Positions 63,811-64,000 of a DNA stretch of 64,000 nt are shown piece after piece. Source of the DNA: the human T2T-CHM13v2.0 reference genome, Homo sapiens; assembly GCF_009914755.1 (NCBI RefSeq), contig NC_060929.1; one strand, 5' to 3'. The notes under the pieces are model-generated. The model searched no databases. It had not been told where the DNA came from and saw only the letters and a list, made by a program, of their open reading frames with translations. Positions within the stretch are counted from its first letter, which is position 1. The number at the start of each line of letters is the position of its first letter. Made by a program: the position numbers and the translations under genes.

Positions 63811-64000
63811 AGTTAAATATGTGTTAAAGAAAATTAAACTTAAAGAATAAAAATATTACTACATTTAGAAAATGCTTTTTTTATATAAAGTAGTTTTGCT
63901 TACTCTTTACATTTTTTACTTTTTTCTTTTTCTATTCCTGGAACACTCAAAAATTGGCCACTTCCTTGAACTCAGTTTTTCTCTCTATAGATTTCTTTCT

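Overview
This is AT-rich primate genomic DNA, most likely human or another great ape (it carries an AluYe5-type insertion), with intronic or intergenic character. I recognise no protein-coding gene, RNA gene or CpG island. A large share of the window is interspersed repeats: about 14 Alus (J, S, Y), L1 fragments, L2, L3/CR1, MIR, LTRs (THE1C, MLT1, MLT2A2, an old ERVL-type LTR) and DNA-transposon relics (MER63, Tigger3, MER104, MER2, MER5, MER96B). The 250-336 aa ORFs at 14.2-15.3 kb are artefacts of a ~750-bp alternating purine-pyrimidine tract. The most interesting signals are: (i) a convergent pair of LTRs from DUX4-responsive families (THE1C +, MLT2A2 -), each with a splice donor, plus two phase-compatible minus-strand candidate exons; and (ii) a 48-59 kb zone with repeated template-switch scars, namely a nested fold-back palindrome, a 13-bp perfect hairpin with triplicated arm, and a ~960-bp AT tract holding an exact 20-nt copy of sequence 2.46 kb upstream. 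I cannot demonstrate a new biological system from sequence alone; these are testable hypotheses. Repeat subfamily calls come from remembered consensus features, and boundaries of old repeats are approximate.
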